A stretch of DNA of 64,000 nt from Clostridia bacterium (GCA_017388175.1 JAFOTD010000017.1:14940-78939), one strand, 5' to 3'. Counted from the first letter of the stretch, positions 9,865 to 19,397 are shown. Notes: generated from the letters alone by a model not told the origin. Program-made: numbers and translations.

Positions 9865-11178
9865 TCACAGTCTCCAATACCTATAACCGGCAGTTTCGTA
9901 TTCCCTGCGGTTCAAAAGCCCCTTCAGATCGAGCAGAACTTTTTTGCCGGAGCCGTAAAATGCGTCGACCCGATCCATTGTAAACGAAGAAAACTCCGTA
10001 TGCGCGACCGCAAGAATGACTGCGTCCATGCCGCGGATCGCATCGATTTCGACAAATTCCACGCCGTACAGCCGTTTTGCCTCATCCGCGTCCGCCTGCG
10101 GGTCCGCTATGACCGGTTGGATTCCGTATTCGCGCAGTTCATTCACGATGTCGATGATCTTGGTATTCCGGGTATCCGGGCAATTCTCCTTGAACGTAAA
10201 TCCGAGGATCGCGACCTTTGCGCCTCTGACGGACTTATCCGCTGCAATCAGGTTCTTTACGCAGTTCTCGGCAACATACTTGCCCATATCGTCGTTGATC
10301 CTGCGGCCGGACAGGATGATCTGGCTGTGGTAGCCGAGCATCTCCGCCTTATAGGTGAGATAATACGGGTCCACACCGATGCAATGTCCGCCGACAAGGC
10401 CGGGATAGAACTTCAGAAAATTCCATTTCGTGCCGGCTGCCTCCAGAACGCTCTTTGTATCGATGCCCATTTTGTTGAAGATAATGGACAGCTCGTTCAT
10501 GAAAGCGATATTGATATCGCGCTGGCTGTTCTCGATCACCTTTGCCGCCTCGGCGACCTTAATGCTCTCCGCCCGATGCACGCCGGCGTCAACAACGAGT
10601 TCGTACACCTTTGCAACGCAATCCAGCGTCTCTTCATCCATGCCGGAAACGATCTTTGTGATCGTCTCGAGGCGATGAACTTTGTCCCCCGGGTTAATTC
10701 GTTCCGGCGAATAGCCGATCTTAAAGTCGACGCCGCACTTCAATCCGCTTTCTCTCTCGAGGATCGGCACACACACGTCCTCGGTTACGCCGGGATACAC
10801 GGTGGACTCGAATACGACGACAGAGCCCTTCGTCAGGTTTCTGCCGAGGATCCTGCTCGCGCCCTCAACGGGGATGAGGTCCGGCGTATGATCGTCGTTG
10901 ACCGGAGTAGGCACAGCGACGATATGGAACTTCGCTTCGCGGAGTTTCGTTTCGTCTGCGGTAAATTCCACAGCTGTTCGGGAAATGATTTCATTCCCGA
11001 CTTCGTGCGTCGGATCGATCCCGTTCTGATACATCTCGATCTTCTCTTCGTTCAGATCGAAACCGATCACATTGATCTTTCGGGCAAACGCCACCGCGAT
11101 CGGCATGCCGACATAGCCGAGACCTACCAGAGACAGTTTTTCTTCTTTTTTGACAAGTTTTTCGTAAAGATCCAGCAT
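9865..11178 (-). CDS. UDP-N-acetyl-hexosamine 6-dehydrogenase (TviB/WbpO-like nucleotide-sugar dehydrogenase)
   Basis: LSLVGLGYVGMPIAVAFARKINVIGFDLNEEKI (N-terminal Rossmann fold), GGHCIGVDPYYL (catalytic Cys region), 437 aa. Confidence 0.85.
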   Translation of the reverse strand: MLDLYEKLVKKEEKLSLVGLGYVGMPIAVAFARKINVIGFDLNEEKIEMYQNGIDPTHEVGNEIISRTAVEFTADETKLREAKFHIVAVPTPVNDDHTPDLIPVEGASRILGRNLTKGSVVVFESTVYPGVTEDVCVPILERESGLKCGVDFKIGYSPERINPGDKVHRLETITKIVSGMDEETLDCVAKVYELVVDAGVHRAESIKVAEAAKVIENSQRDINIAFMNELSIIFNKMGIDTKSVLEAAGTKWNFLKFYPGLVGGHCIGVDPYYLTYKAEMLGYHSQIILSGRRINDDMGKYVAENCVKNLIAADKSVRGAKVAILGFTFKENCPDTRNTKIIDIVNELREYGIQPVIADPQADADEAKRLYGVEFVEIDAIRGMDAVILAVAHTEFSSFTMDRVDAFYGSGKKVLLDLKGLLNRREYETAGYRYWRL

Positions 11179-11218
11179 TCTATATTACTCCATCCGTGCT
11201 TCTGCGTCGATATAATGA

Positions 11219-12310
11219 TTATTTACAGATCAGATCGATTTGCTCCTGATAAGCATCTATGATGATCTGCCTGTTAAACTCCTTTGCAACCTTCTCTCTT
11301 CCGGCAATGCCCATTGCCCTCCGCTCTTCCCAGGGAGTCCGATACATCTTTTCCATCGCATCCTTCAGACTAACGGCGTCCCTGGGCTCGCAGCCGTATC
11401 CCGTTTTGCCCTCCTCAAACGTCTCCTGACAGCCCGGAATCCTGCTTGTAATGACGGGACGTCCGGTGGAAGCCGCTTCCAGCATCACGTTTGCCATTCC
11501 TTCATGATAAGAAGGAAGAACGACGCAATGCGTCTGCGTATAGAAAGCATGCACGTTGCTTTGCGGACCGTGATATTTCACGATGTTCCGCTTTTCAAAT
11601 TCGGCAAGCATTCCGGTATAATCCTCATCGCTGCCGCCAACCACGTCCAAAAAGACCTTCTTTCCTTCGTCGGCCAGCTTTCCGACTGCAGCCAAAAGCT
11701 CCTCAATTCCCTTGTCCTTCATCACTCTTCCGACGAAAAGATATCGGAAACAGGACCGGTCCGGGGGATACGCCTCATACCGATGCGTCTCAACGTTGAC
11801 CCCGGAACCCGGTATCAGCTTTACTTTGCCGCGTACGATCTTGTTGTCGGTAAAGAGCTTCATGTTCTGCCCGTTCTGAAAGAAAACGCACCGCGCGCGC
11901 TTCAACCCGATCCGATACAGCGTCAAAGAAAGCTTTTTCAGTAACCCCCCGTTTTCAATGGTTGTCCCGAGACCGGTCACGTTCGCCAGATAGGGAATTC
12001 TCTTTAACCGGCACGCCAGACCGCCGTATACGTTGCATTTAATCGTATATGTCAAAACCACATCCGGCCTGATTTGCTTAATGAGGTTCAAGTAGGTCAT
12101 CAACAGTTTCAGATCCTTGATCGGATTCGTCCCGCGGCGGTCCAGCGAATTACAAGGGACAAATCGACAGCCGAGCGACTCAATCTCCTTTATAAACCCG
12201 CCGTCCGGTACGCAGAAAAAGACTTCGTCGGATTTTACGAACTCTTCCAAAACCTCTTTCCTGAATCTATAGAGTCCAATATCACTGTTTGCCAGAATCA
12301 AAACTCGCAT
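11219..12310 (-). CDS. GT4-family glycosyltransferase
   Basis: MRVLILANSDIGLYRFRKEVLEEF...VVLPSYHEGMANVMLEAASTGRPVITSRIPGCQETFEEGKTGY carries the EX7E-type GT4 C-terminal motif. The track ORF (to 12544) has a spurious N-terminal extension that overlaps the upstream gene. Confidence 0.85.
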   Translation of the reverse strand: MRVLILANSDIGLYRFRKEVLEEFVKSDEVFFCVPDGGFIKEIESLGCRFVPCNSLDRRGTNPIKDLKLLMTYLNLIKQIRPDVVLTYTIKCNVYGGLACRLKRIPYLANVTGLGTTIENGGLLKKLSLTLYRIGLKRARCVFFQNGQNMKLFTDNKIVRGKVKLIPGSGVNVETHRYEAYPPDRSCFRYLFVGRVMKDKGIEELLAAVGKLADEGKKVFLDVVGGSDEDYTGMLAEFEKRNIVKYHGPQSNVHAFYTQTHCVVLPSYHEGMANVMLEAASTGRPVITSRIPGCQETFEEGKTGYGCEPRDAVSLKDAMEKMYRTPWEERRAMGIAGREKVAKEFNRQIIIDAYQEQIDLICK

Positions 12311-12389
12311 TATTATGCAACTACCTACCGTTGATCTCTGTCTGTCTTCAAATCTTTTTCTCTTTGGGGATAAATAGTTCGTCCTCGGC

Positions 12390-13037
12390 TTATTCCAAAA
12401 ATCTGATCGGTTTAGCCGGGCTTCCGACAGCAGTGCATCTGGGTGGAATGTCCTTAACCACAGTAGCACCTGCGCCGACAATAGAATAGTCGCCGACGGT
12501 CTTGTCCTGAATGATTTGCGTGCCCGTCCCCATCTCGACCGCATGCCCGATATTTGTGATCCCGGATATGTTCACAGATGGGTATAATGTTACAAAATCG
12601 TGAAGAACAGCATCATGCCCGATTGTGCAGTCAAGATTGATAATAACGTGGCTGCCGATTGAGATATTCACCGTAATAACCGTATGTGCACAGATAATTG
12701 TTCCTTCTCCAATTGTCACAAGACCAGACATTTCAACCGATGGATCAATCACCGTAGCGAATCTAATGTTTGGATTGATGTTTTTTAATTTACAAACAAT
12801 CTTCTCACGAACTCGAGATGCGCCTACTGCACAAACATAATAGGCGTCAGGATACTCCCTAACTTTTTCTGTTCCGCCAAGCACATAATATCCATTGATT
12901 ACGGTTCCTTGAATAGCTTCATTATCATCCATAAAGCCAAGGAGATTCCACATTGGAGAGACCTTATTAATGCGCTCGACCAACCAAGCAACTTCACGAC
13001 CGAATCCGCTTGCGCCGAAAACTACCAAATCCTTCAT
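12390..13037 (-). CDS. NeuD/PglD-family hexapeptide-repeat sugar N-acetyltransferase
   Basis: MKDLVVFGASGFGREVAWLVERI...LGFMDDN plus a C-terminal left-handed beta-helix repeat region. Confidence 0.85.
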   Translation of the reverse strand: MKDLVVFGASGFGREVAWLVERINKVSPMWNLLGFMDDNEAIQGTVINGYYVLGGTEKVREYPDAYYVCAVGASRVREKIVCKLKNINPNIRFATVIDPSVEMSGLVTIGEGTIICAHTVITVNISIGSHVIINLDCTIGHDAVLHDFVTLYPSVNISGITNIGHAVEMGTGTQIIQDKTVGDYSIVGAGATVVKDIPPRCTAVGSPAKPIRFLE

Positions 13038-13675
13038 AGCTTTGTCTTCTCCTGTCTCCCCATAAACTCAGTCATCGTCGACTCGCCTGCGCTGGAGATT
13101 CCTTCCCGCTTTAAAACGGTTTTGACTGTTTGAAAAATGATTTTCCAATCGCCGGAGAATTTGATGTGATCGACGTATTTTACATCCCAGTCGAACTTAT
13201 CCTCCCAGTCGATCGCATTGCGCCCATGGACCTGCGCAAGTCCGGTGAACCCGGGGCGAACTTCATGTCTTCTTGCCTGATGTGCGTTGTAACGATCCAA
13301 ATACTTTACGAGCAGAGGACGCGGACCGACGACTGCCATGTCGCCTTTCAGAACATTGAACAGTTCCGGAAGCTCATCCAGCGATGAAGAACGCAGCTTC
13401 TTTCCGAACGGAGTCAACCGCATCTCATCCGGCAGCAAATCGCCGTTTTCATCCGTTTCGCTCGTCATGGATCTGAATTTATACAGGTTAAAGATCTTTC
13501 CGTCCTTTCCGGGGCGTTCCTGTTTGAAAATCACCGGCGCGCCGAGCTTCACGCGAACGAGAATCGCGACGATCAGCAGCACGGGCGACATTGCGATCAA
13601 AGCGAGCAGCGCGCAGAAAAAATCCTGCGGTCGCTTGATATACTTTTCATATGGTCCGTAAGGCTTATGCTTCAT
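13034..13675 (-). CDS. small monotopic phosphoglycosyl transferase (PglC/WbaP C-terminal-type initiating sugar transferase)
   Basis: IKRPQDFFCALLALIAMSPVLLIVAILVRVKLGAPVIFKQERPGKDGKIFNLYKFRSM...DELPELFNVLKGDMAVVGPRP is the canonical bacterial sugar transferase sequence. Confidence 0.9.
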   Translation of the reverse strand: MKHKPYGPYEKYIKRPQDFFCALLALIAMSPVLLIVAILVRVKLGAPVIFKQERPGKDGKIFNLYKFRSMTSETDENGDLLPDEMRLTPFGKKLRSSSLDELPELFNVLKGDMAVVGPRPLLVKYLDRYNAHQARRHEVRPGFTGLAQVHGRNAIDWEDKFDWDVKYVDHIKFSGDWKIIFQTVKTVLKREGISSAGESTMTEFMGRQEKTKL

Positions 13676-13687
13676 ACCGTCCTCCGA

Positions 13688-14959
13688 TTATCTGAAGCAC
13701 CGGTGGATGATATCGATGATGCGATCCTGCTGATCGGGCGTCATCTTGTTGTCGGAGGGCAGGCAGAGACCGCGACGGAAGACGTCCGCGCTGACGTCGA
13801 CGCCGTCGTCGGTCGATACGAATGCGTTAGAGCGATAGATCGGCTGCAGGTGCATCGGCTTCCAGATCGGGCGGCCCTCGGCATTGAACGCGGTGATCGC
13901 GTCAAGGATCTCCATCGGGCAGCTCTTGCCGGGCACGGATCGGTACTCATAGGTCGTTTCTCCTCTGGTCTGCGGTTCCATTGCATCCTCGTCGATCAGG
14001 ATGCAGGACAGCCAGAAATTCGGACGGCTCTTTTCCGCATCGAACGGATTCATCCGGACGGGAAGATCGGAAAGGCCGGCTTTATATCGCTCGTAAACGG
14101 CTTTTTTCTGCGCGATGTGCTCTTCGATATACGGGATCTGACCGCGCACAAGACCGGCGATGATGTTGCTCATGCGATAGTTATAGCCGAGCTCCGCATG
14201 CTGATACCAAGGCGCGGCTTCGCGGCTCTGCGTAGACCATTTGCGGACCTTATCGGCGTCTTCCCCGCTGTCGGTCAGGAACATGCCGCCCGCGCTTCCG
14301 GTGATGATCTTGTTTCCGTTGAACGAAATGCAGTTAAAATCGCCGAGCGTGCCGGTCTCGACCCATTCGCCGTTCATCTTATACTTTGCGCCGAGCGATT
14401 CCGCCGCGTCCTCGACGATCAGAGCGCCGTGCGCGTCCGCAATGCGTCGGATCTCCTCCATCTTGCCGGGCGTGCCGTACAGATGCGCAGCAACGATCAG
14501 GCGAACGTCCGGATATCGCTCAAACGCCTTTTCCAACGCTGCGGGAGACATGTTCCAGGTCTCCGGCTCGGTATCGATGAAAATCGCTTCTCCGGCTTCG
14601 TATGCGACGGGATTGATAGAGGCGTCGAACGTCATGTCGGAGCAGAAAACGCGCCGTCCCTGAAGCGCTCCTTCGTTCGTGCGCGGCTGTCCGTATAGCT
14701 TCTCTCCGGCGAGCTTGGTCGCAAGATGCAGCGCCGCCGTGCCGCAGGACAATGCGACCGCATACCTGACGCCGAGACGCGCTGCCATCTGTTTTTCCAC
14801 TTCGTTGATGTTCGCGCCGAGTGTGCTGACCCAGTTCGTCCGGAATGCTTCGTTTATCCAATGCTGTTCATCGCCGTGCATCGTCGGAGAAGAAAGCCAT
14901 ACCTTTTGTGCAAACGGTTCGATGCCTGCAAAACGCGGGTCATTTGAAAATCTGTTCAT
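13688..14959 (-). CDS. DegT/DnrJ/EryC1-family PLP-dependent sugar aminotransferase (PglE/EpsN-like)
   Basis: WLSSPTMHGDEQHWINEAFRTNWVSTLGANINEVEKQMA...SFNGNKIITGSAGGM contains the lysine of the PLP site. 423 aa. Confidence 0.85.
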   Translation of the reverse strand: MNRFSNDPRFAGIEPFAQKVWLSSPTMHGDEQHWINEAFRTNWVSTLGANINEVEKQMAARLGVRYAVALSCGTAALHLATKLAGEKLYGQPRTNEGALQGRRVFCSDMTFDASINPVAYEAGEAIFIDTEPETWNMSPAALEKAFERYPDVRLIVAAHLYGTPGKMEEIRRIADAHGALIVEDAAESLGAKYKMNGEWVETGTLGDFNCISFNGNKIITGSAGGMFLTDSGEDADKVRKWSTQSREAAPWYQHAELGYNYRMSNIIAGLVRGQIPYIEEHIAQKKAVYERYKAGLSDLPVRMNPFDAEKSRPNFWLSCILIDEDAMEPQTRGETTYEYRSVPGKSCPMEILDAITAFNAEGRPIWKPMHLQPIYRSNAFVSTDDGVDVSADVFRRGLCLPSDNKMTPDQQDRIIDIIHRCFR

Positions 14960-15066
14960 GAAACGCTCCTCAGATCGTTATTTCCCTTACTGTACAATGC
15001 TGTTATCGTTAGCATAGATTGTCCGAATGACAGCAAACCGCCCACGGAAAACCCGCGAGCGTTGAT

Positions 15067-15540
15067 TCAATCTGTATTCTTCGCTTTTCGGTCACGCAAA
15101 GCAAGCGCTGCTTTTCGGATAAGAAGCCCGAGCAAAGTGCCGGCGACTATGCCGATCAGGTCAATCCAAACGTCCCCGATCTCCGCGCCGCGTCCGGAAA
15201 GCATCTGAAGGCTTTCATCCAGAAATGCCGAAGAAAAACCGGCGCCGACACAATTAAGGACATTCCCCCGAAAGCAAAGTAAAAGCAGCGCGGATAGAAC
15301 CGCAAACTCCAGAACGTGCGCCGCCTTTCGGACCGCATGCTGTGAAGGCGGCTGACTGCCGAACTGCCTGAAGATCGGACCCAGTATTTTTTCCGTCACC
15401 CAACCGCTTTCGTCAGCGGATACCGATTGCGGGAGGATCGATTGAACAAATATGAATACGAGGACCAGCGTTGTTCCGGCCAGCAGCACCTTGCGTCGTT
15501 TGGAAATCCGCCTTGTGCCGATCAAATTTGTCTCACCCAA
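15067..15540 (-). CDS. VanZ-family membrane protein
   Basis: AAHVLEFAVLSALLLLCF...DESLQMLSGRGAEIGDVWIDLIGIVAGTLLG are VanZ signatures. The start codon is TTG, overlapping the upstream stop by 8 nt, so the start is uncertain. Confidence 0.7.
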   Translation of the reverse strand: MGETNLIGTRRISKRRKVLLAGTTLVLVFIFVQSILPQSVSADESGWVTEKILGPIFRQFGSQPPSQHAVRKAAHVLEFAVLSALLLLCFRGNVLNCVGAGFSSAFLDESLQMLSGRGAEIGDVWIDLIGIVAGTLLGLLIRKAALALRDRKAKNTD

Positions 15541-17590
15541 CTGCGGTCAGATCATCCTTCTTGCTGTTGTCGGGTTGACCAAACACCTTCATTGCCTGCT
15601 CTCCGCTGCGAACGGGATGATAGGTCGGAACCATCCCGATCAGCAAATCCCGGATATGGGCGTCATTCGCATAAGCAGCCTTCATCAGCGTGCCAAGGTT
15701 TTTAAACAACAAATCCCGATCAAACGGAACCGGCGCCCCGATGTGAATCAGATCGTTATCCGTCTTTTTCAGTCCTTCCTCCGCCATCAGCTTTTCTTCG
15801 TACAGTTTTTCACCTGGACGAAGTCCCGTATACTTGATCTTGATATCTACGTCAGGTTTCAGCCCTGCCTGCTTAATCAGGTTTTTGGCAAGTGTGTCGA
15901 TCTTAACCGGGCTGCCCATATCGAGAATAAAAATCTCTCCGCCGTTTGCATAGGTACCCGCAAGCATCACGAGGCTGACCGCTTCCGGAATCGTCATAAA
16001 ATACCGGATTACGTCCGGATGCGTGACGGTCACCGGCCCGCCCTTTGCGATCTGCTTCTTGAACAGCGGAATGACGGAACCGTTGCTGCCGAGCACGTTT
16101 CCGAACCGTACGGCAACGAATTCGGTTCGCGTCGATCTGAACACGCTTCCCGTGCCGTCCTTATCCGCGTTCTCAATCCCTTGATGCGTGAAAAGCTGCG
16201 GAATCTCGCTTGCTCTGCCTGCCTTGATTTTTGCGTCAAAGCATTGTACGATCATTTCACACAGGCGTTTGCTTGCGCCCATGACGTTGGTGGGATTGAC
16301 AGCCTTATCCGTAGAAATCAGAACGAATCGTTCACAGCCGTGAACCATTGCCGCATACGCGGTCTTGTACGTGCCGAAAACGTTATTCTTGATCGCTTCG
16401 CACGGGCTGTCTTCCATCAGCGGAACATGCTTATGCGCCGCAGCATGATAAACGATCTGCGGACGATACGTATCGAACACCTTAAACATTCTGCGGCTGT
16501 CGCGCACGGATCCGATCAGAACGACAAGATTCAGCGTCGGGTAACGGTCCTTAAGTTCCTGCTGGATATCGTACGCGCTGTTTTCATAAATATCGAAAAT
16601 GATCAGTTGCTTCGGTGCATGAGCGGCAATCTGTCGGCAAAGCTCGCTGCCGATGGATCCGCCTCCGCCGGTGACGAGAACGGTCTTCCCGTTGATAAAC
16701 GAGTAAACGCCGGAAAGATCCGGGCGGATGGGATCGCGCCCGAGAAGATCCTCGACCGCGACGTCCTTCATCATGCTCACAGATACCTGTCCGGAAATAA
16801 GCTGGTAGATGCCCGGAAGCTGCTTCAGTTCGCAGTCCGTTTCGCTGCAGATTGCAAGAATGTCCCGCTTCTGTTCCGCTGTTGCGCTCGGGATCGCGAT
16901 ACAGATCTTGTCGATGCCGTATTTATTGACGCTTGCGAGGATTTCATCCCGTCCGCCGACGATCGGTACGCCTTCCAGAAAACAATTCTTCTTCGCCGGA
17001 TCGTCGTCGATAATGCAGACGGCTCTGTCATGCGAACTCGGGTTCGCAATCATATCTCTTAAGAGCAGCTGGCCGGCGTTGCCTGCGCCGATCAGCATTA
17101 CGCGCTTTTGTTCCGCGCGATTCCGCATCCGTCTCTGTCTCCAGCTCAGAACCAATCGTCCGGAAAAACGAATCCCGGTCAGCAGAACAGCCTGAATCAG
17201 CGCGCCGCCGAAATAATAGGTCATCGGCATCCGCCCGAGCAGCAGCGTTATGGCGACCGCATGGATTACGGAAAGGAGAACGGAAGCTTCGATTGTACGC
17301 AAAAGCTCCCGGATGCCTACGTACCGCAGCAGCGTTCTGTACAGGCGGAACGCCCAAAGAACGATGACGCAGAATGCCGCGTAGAACAGAATAAACTTCG
17401 CAAACGCATTCCAGTATTTCTGATCAATGCTCGAAAAGATAAAGTCAAACCGCATCCAAAGCGCAACGAAATAGGCAACGCACGCAGCGACAAAATCGCA
17501 CGCGCACATCAGGACGGCAATGCCGATTCTTTGTCTTTCCGCCCGCTTCTGCAGCATCTGATTCAGTTTTTCCTTGTTTTGATCTTTCAT
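15533..17590 (-). CDS. membrane-anchored CapD/PglF-like UDP-sugar 4,6-dehydratase
   Basis: Four N-terminal TM segments followed by VLVTGGGGSIGSEL and the CapD-type polysaccharide biosynthesis domain. The track start at 17599 is GTG; the first ATG is at 17590. Confidence 0.85.
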   Translation of the reverse strand: MKDQNKEKLNQMLQKRAERQRIGIAVLMCACDFVAACVAYFVALWMRFDFIFSSIDQKYWNAFAKFILFYAAFCVIVLWAFRLYRTLLRYVGIRELLRTIEASVLLSVIHAVAITLLLGRMPMTYYFGGALIQAVLLTGIRFSGRLVLSWRQRRMRNRAEQKRVMLIGAGNAGQLLLRDMIANPSSHDRAVCIIDDDPAKKNCFLEGVPIVGGRDEILASVNKYGIDKICIAIPSATAEQKRDILAICSETDCELKQLPGIYQLISGQVSVSMMKDVAVEDLLGRDPIRPDLSGVYSFINGKTVLVTGGGGSIGSELCRQIAAHAPKQLIIFDIYENSAYDIQQELKDRYPTLNLVVLIGSVRDSRRMFKVFDTYRPQIVYHAAAHKHVPLMEDSPCEAIKNNVFGTYKTAYAAMVHGCERFVLISTDKAVNPTNVMGASKRLCEMIVQCFDAKIKAGRASEIPQLFTHQGIENADKDGTGSVFRSTRTEFVAVRFGNVLGSNGSVIPLFKKQIAKGGPVTVTHPDVIRYFMTIPEAVSLVMLAGTYANGGEIFILDMGSPVKIDTLAKNLIKQAGLKPDVDIKIKYTGLRPGEKLYEEKLMAEEGLKKTDNDLIHIGAPVPFDRDLLFKNLGTLMKAAYANDAHIRDLLIGMVPTYHPVRSGEQAMKVFGQPDNSKKDDLTAVG

Positions 17591-17635
17591 ATGCAACACA
17601 CCGTCGTCCGAAGCCGTGCGTCTTTTAAACGCGCC

Positions 17636-19237
17636 TTATCGGAAATCAACGTATACTTCGTTAATATAATTTGCCTGATCGTACCATCTGGTCAGATCAC
17701 GGTTCCATTCGAGCATGATAGGCTTATCAAACGTCTTGTTTAGCTCGTTCGCCGATTTTTTCAATTTGGCTTCCAGATTCGTCAGATCCTGATAAATATC
17801 CGTCTGCTCCTGCTTCTCTTCTGCGGTCAGCGGAATGGATTCGTCGTAATGCGCCTGCATCCACTGATCGGCGTATGCAAACTGTTTTTGCAGGTTCTGA
17901 TAATCCTTCCAGCAGGCTGCATATGCAGTCTTCTGCTCCTCGCTCATCGAATCCGCGTCCGCCAAACCGTGTACCGCCTCAAAAAGCCGTTCCGTGATCG
18001 TCATATACTGCATCGCAAGGAAACCGCCTTTGTGAAGGAACCGTTCATACACGACGGAATTCACACCGATCGGCGCGGCGTCAATGCCGTAAACCTCTTT
18101 CAAGATATCCTTGCGCGCCTGTTGATCAATAAAGCAGAACGCCCAATCGTACTTCAGGGAAATCTCCCCCTGAATACTGTAGGTTTTGATGCTGTCCGGG
18201 TCGATATCCTTCGCAAAGTTGACGAGCGACGTCGTCTGTGAGAAATTCGTATTCGTGTATACGTTATCGTCCATGGTCTTTAAAAGATCCGGAATCATGG
18301 AAAGTTTCCCTTCCTGCTTCAGCTTTTTAAAGATCGCAACCAGCATTTTGCGCTGCCGCGCAGTTCGTTTGGAATCTAGACCGCCTGCAGTCTTGCGCAT
18401 CCGCATGTAGGCCATGACGCCCATACCGTCCAGATGCTGCATTCCGGGGCTGATTCTGCGTCCGTCAAACAGGTATAGCTTGATATCGACGTTGAAGTCA
18501 ATTCCGCCGATCATATCGACCAGATCGATGAGCGCCTGAAAATCGACGCCGTAATAATACGGAATCGAAACGCCGCCGATCCATTCCTCTGCCGTGCGGC
18601 ACGACAGCTCAAAGCCTGCCTTGGGATCATTCATGCCGCCGCCGACGTTGAAAACGCCGTTGAATTTATAGAAGCCGCGATACCCCGGAATTGTGGTCAT
18701 ACAGTCACGCGCAATAGAGATCAGACTGACTTCCTTCGTGTCGAAATTCACCGCGACGATGACATTCGCATCCGTGTGCGGCATGGTTCCGCTCGTCGAG
18801 CGGCCGCTCTCATACGCGTCGATTCCGAACAGCGCGATGTTGACAATCCCAGAAAGCTGATCGGAGCCGTTTCCGTCGGCCGTGTGTTCCGCTCCGCCAT
18901 TCTCCGGAGTCGCCGTAGGCATAAACGTAGGAATCGGTTTCTCATTCGGGTCGTCGGCCGGAAGGTACGCGTCGATATCAAACAAAGGCGTTGCTTCCGC
19001 CGTCGGTTCCGTCGTTACGCGCGAAGATGTCTTAAAGAACAGTCCCGGACGGTTGCAGATATGCCATGCGTATACGCCGCCGCCGATCAGAGCAAGCACC
19101 ACGATCCCAAGAAGGGACCAAAGAATGATTCTCGTGGCCTTGGATTTTTTCTTTTTCTGTTTTTTCGGCTGTTTTTCCGCTTCCGGTTCTTCGAACAGAT
19201 CAATCTCCGGCACAGCCTGTGTATCTTTTTCTTCCAT
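17636..19237 (-). CDS. LytR-CpsA-Psr (LCP) family glycopolymer phosphotransferase with long C-terminal extension
   Basis: NIALFGIDAYESGRSTSGTMPHTDANVIVAVNFDTKEVSLISIARD is the LCP core. There is an N-terminal TM anchor, and the 533 aa length is longer than typical LCP proteins. Confidence 0.8.
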   Translation of the reverse strand: MEEKDTQAVPEIDLFEEPEAEKQPKKQKKKKSKATRIILWSLLGIVVLALIGGGVYAWHICNRPGLFFKTSSRVTTEPTAEATPLFDIDAYLPADDPNEKPIPTFMPTATPENGGAEHTADGNGSDQLSGIVNIALFGIDAYESGRSTSGTMPHTDANVIVAVNFDTKEVSLISIARDCMTTIPGYRGFYKFNGVFNVGGGMNDPKAGFELSCRTAEEWIGGVSIPYYYGVDFQALIDLVDMIGGIDFNVDIKLYLFDGRRISPGMQHLDGMGVMAYMRMRKTAGGLDSKRTARQRKMLVAIFKKLKQEGKLSMIPDLLKTMDDNVYTNTNFSQTTSLVNFAKDIDPDSIKTYSIQGEISLKYDWAFCFIDQQARKDILKEVYGIDAAPIGVNSVVYERFLHKGGFLAMQYMTITERLFEAVHGLADADSMSEEQKTAYAACWKDYQNLQKQFAYADQWMQAHYDESIPLTAEEKQEQTDIYQDLTNLEAKLKKSANELNKTFDKPIMLEWNRDLTRWYDQANYINEVYVDFR

Positions 19238-19397
19238 TTTCGTCTCCCGTTCAAGTGGTTTTCAGCGTATTGTTGCGTTGCCTTCGGCATACGGCGCTTT
19301 TGCTCCGCATCAAACATACGCTGTGTTCGACCGTCGTTTCCGTGGCGACTATGGCCGCGCAACGTCCGTTTCGGTCTCTTTTCCCCCTTTTACGCTC

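Noticed and set aside
12311-12544. N-terminal 78-aa extension of the GT4 ORF. Similar over-extensions occur at 40722-41261, 36067-36207, 22597-22707, 61706-61786 and 20955-21014.
   Set aside because: The extensions overlap the upstream genes or promoter regions and lack homology-like sequence. Internal ATGs with good RBSs give canonical N-termini.
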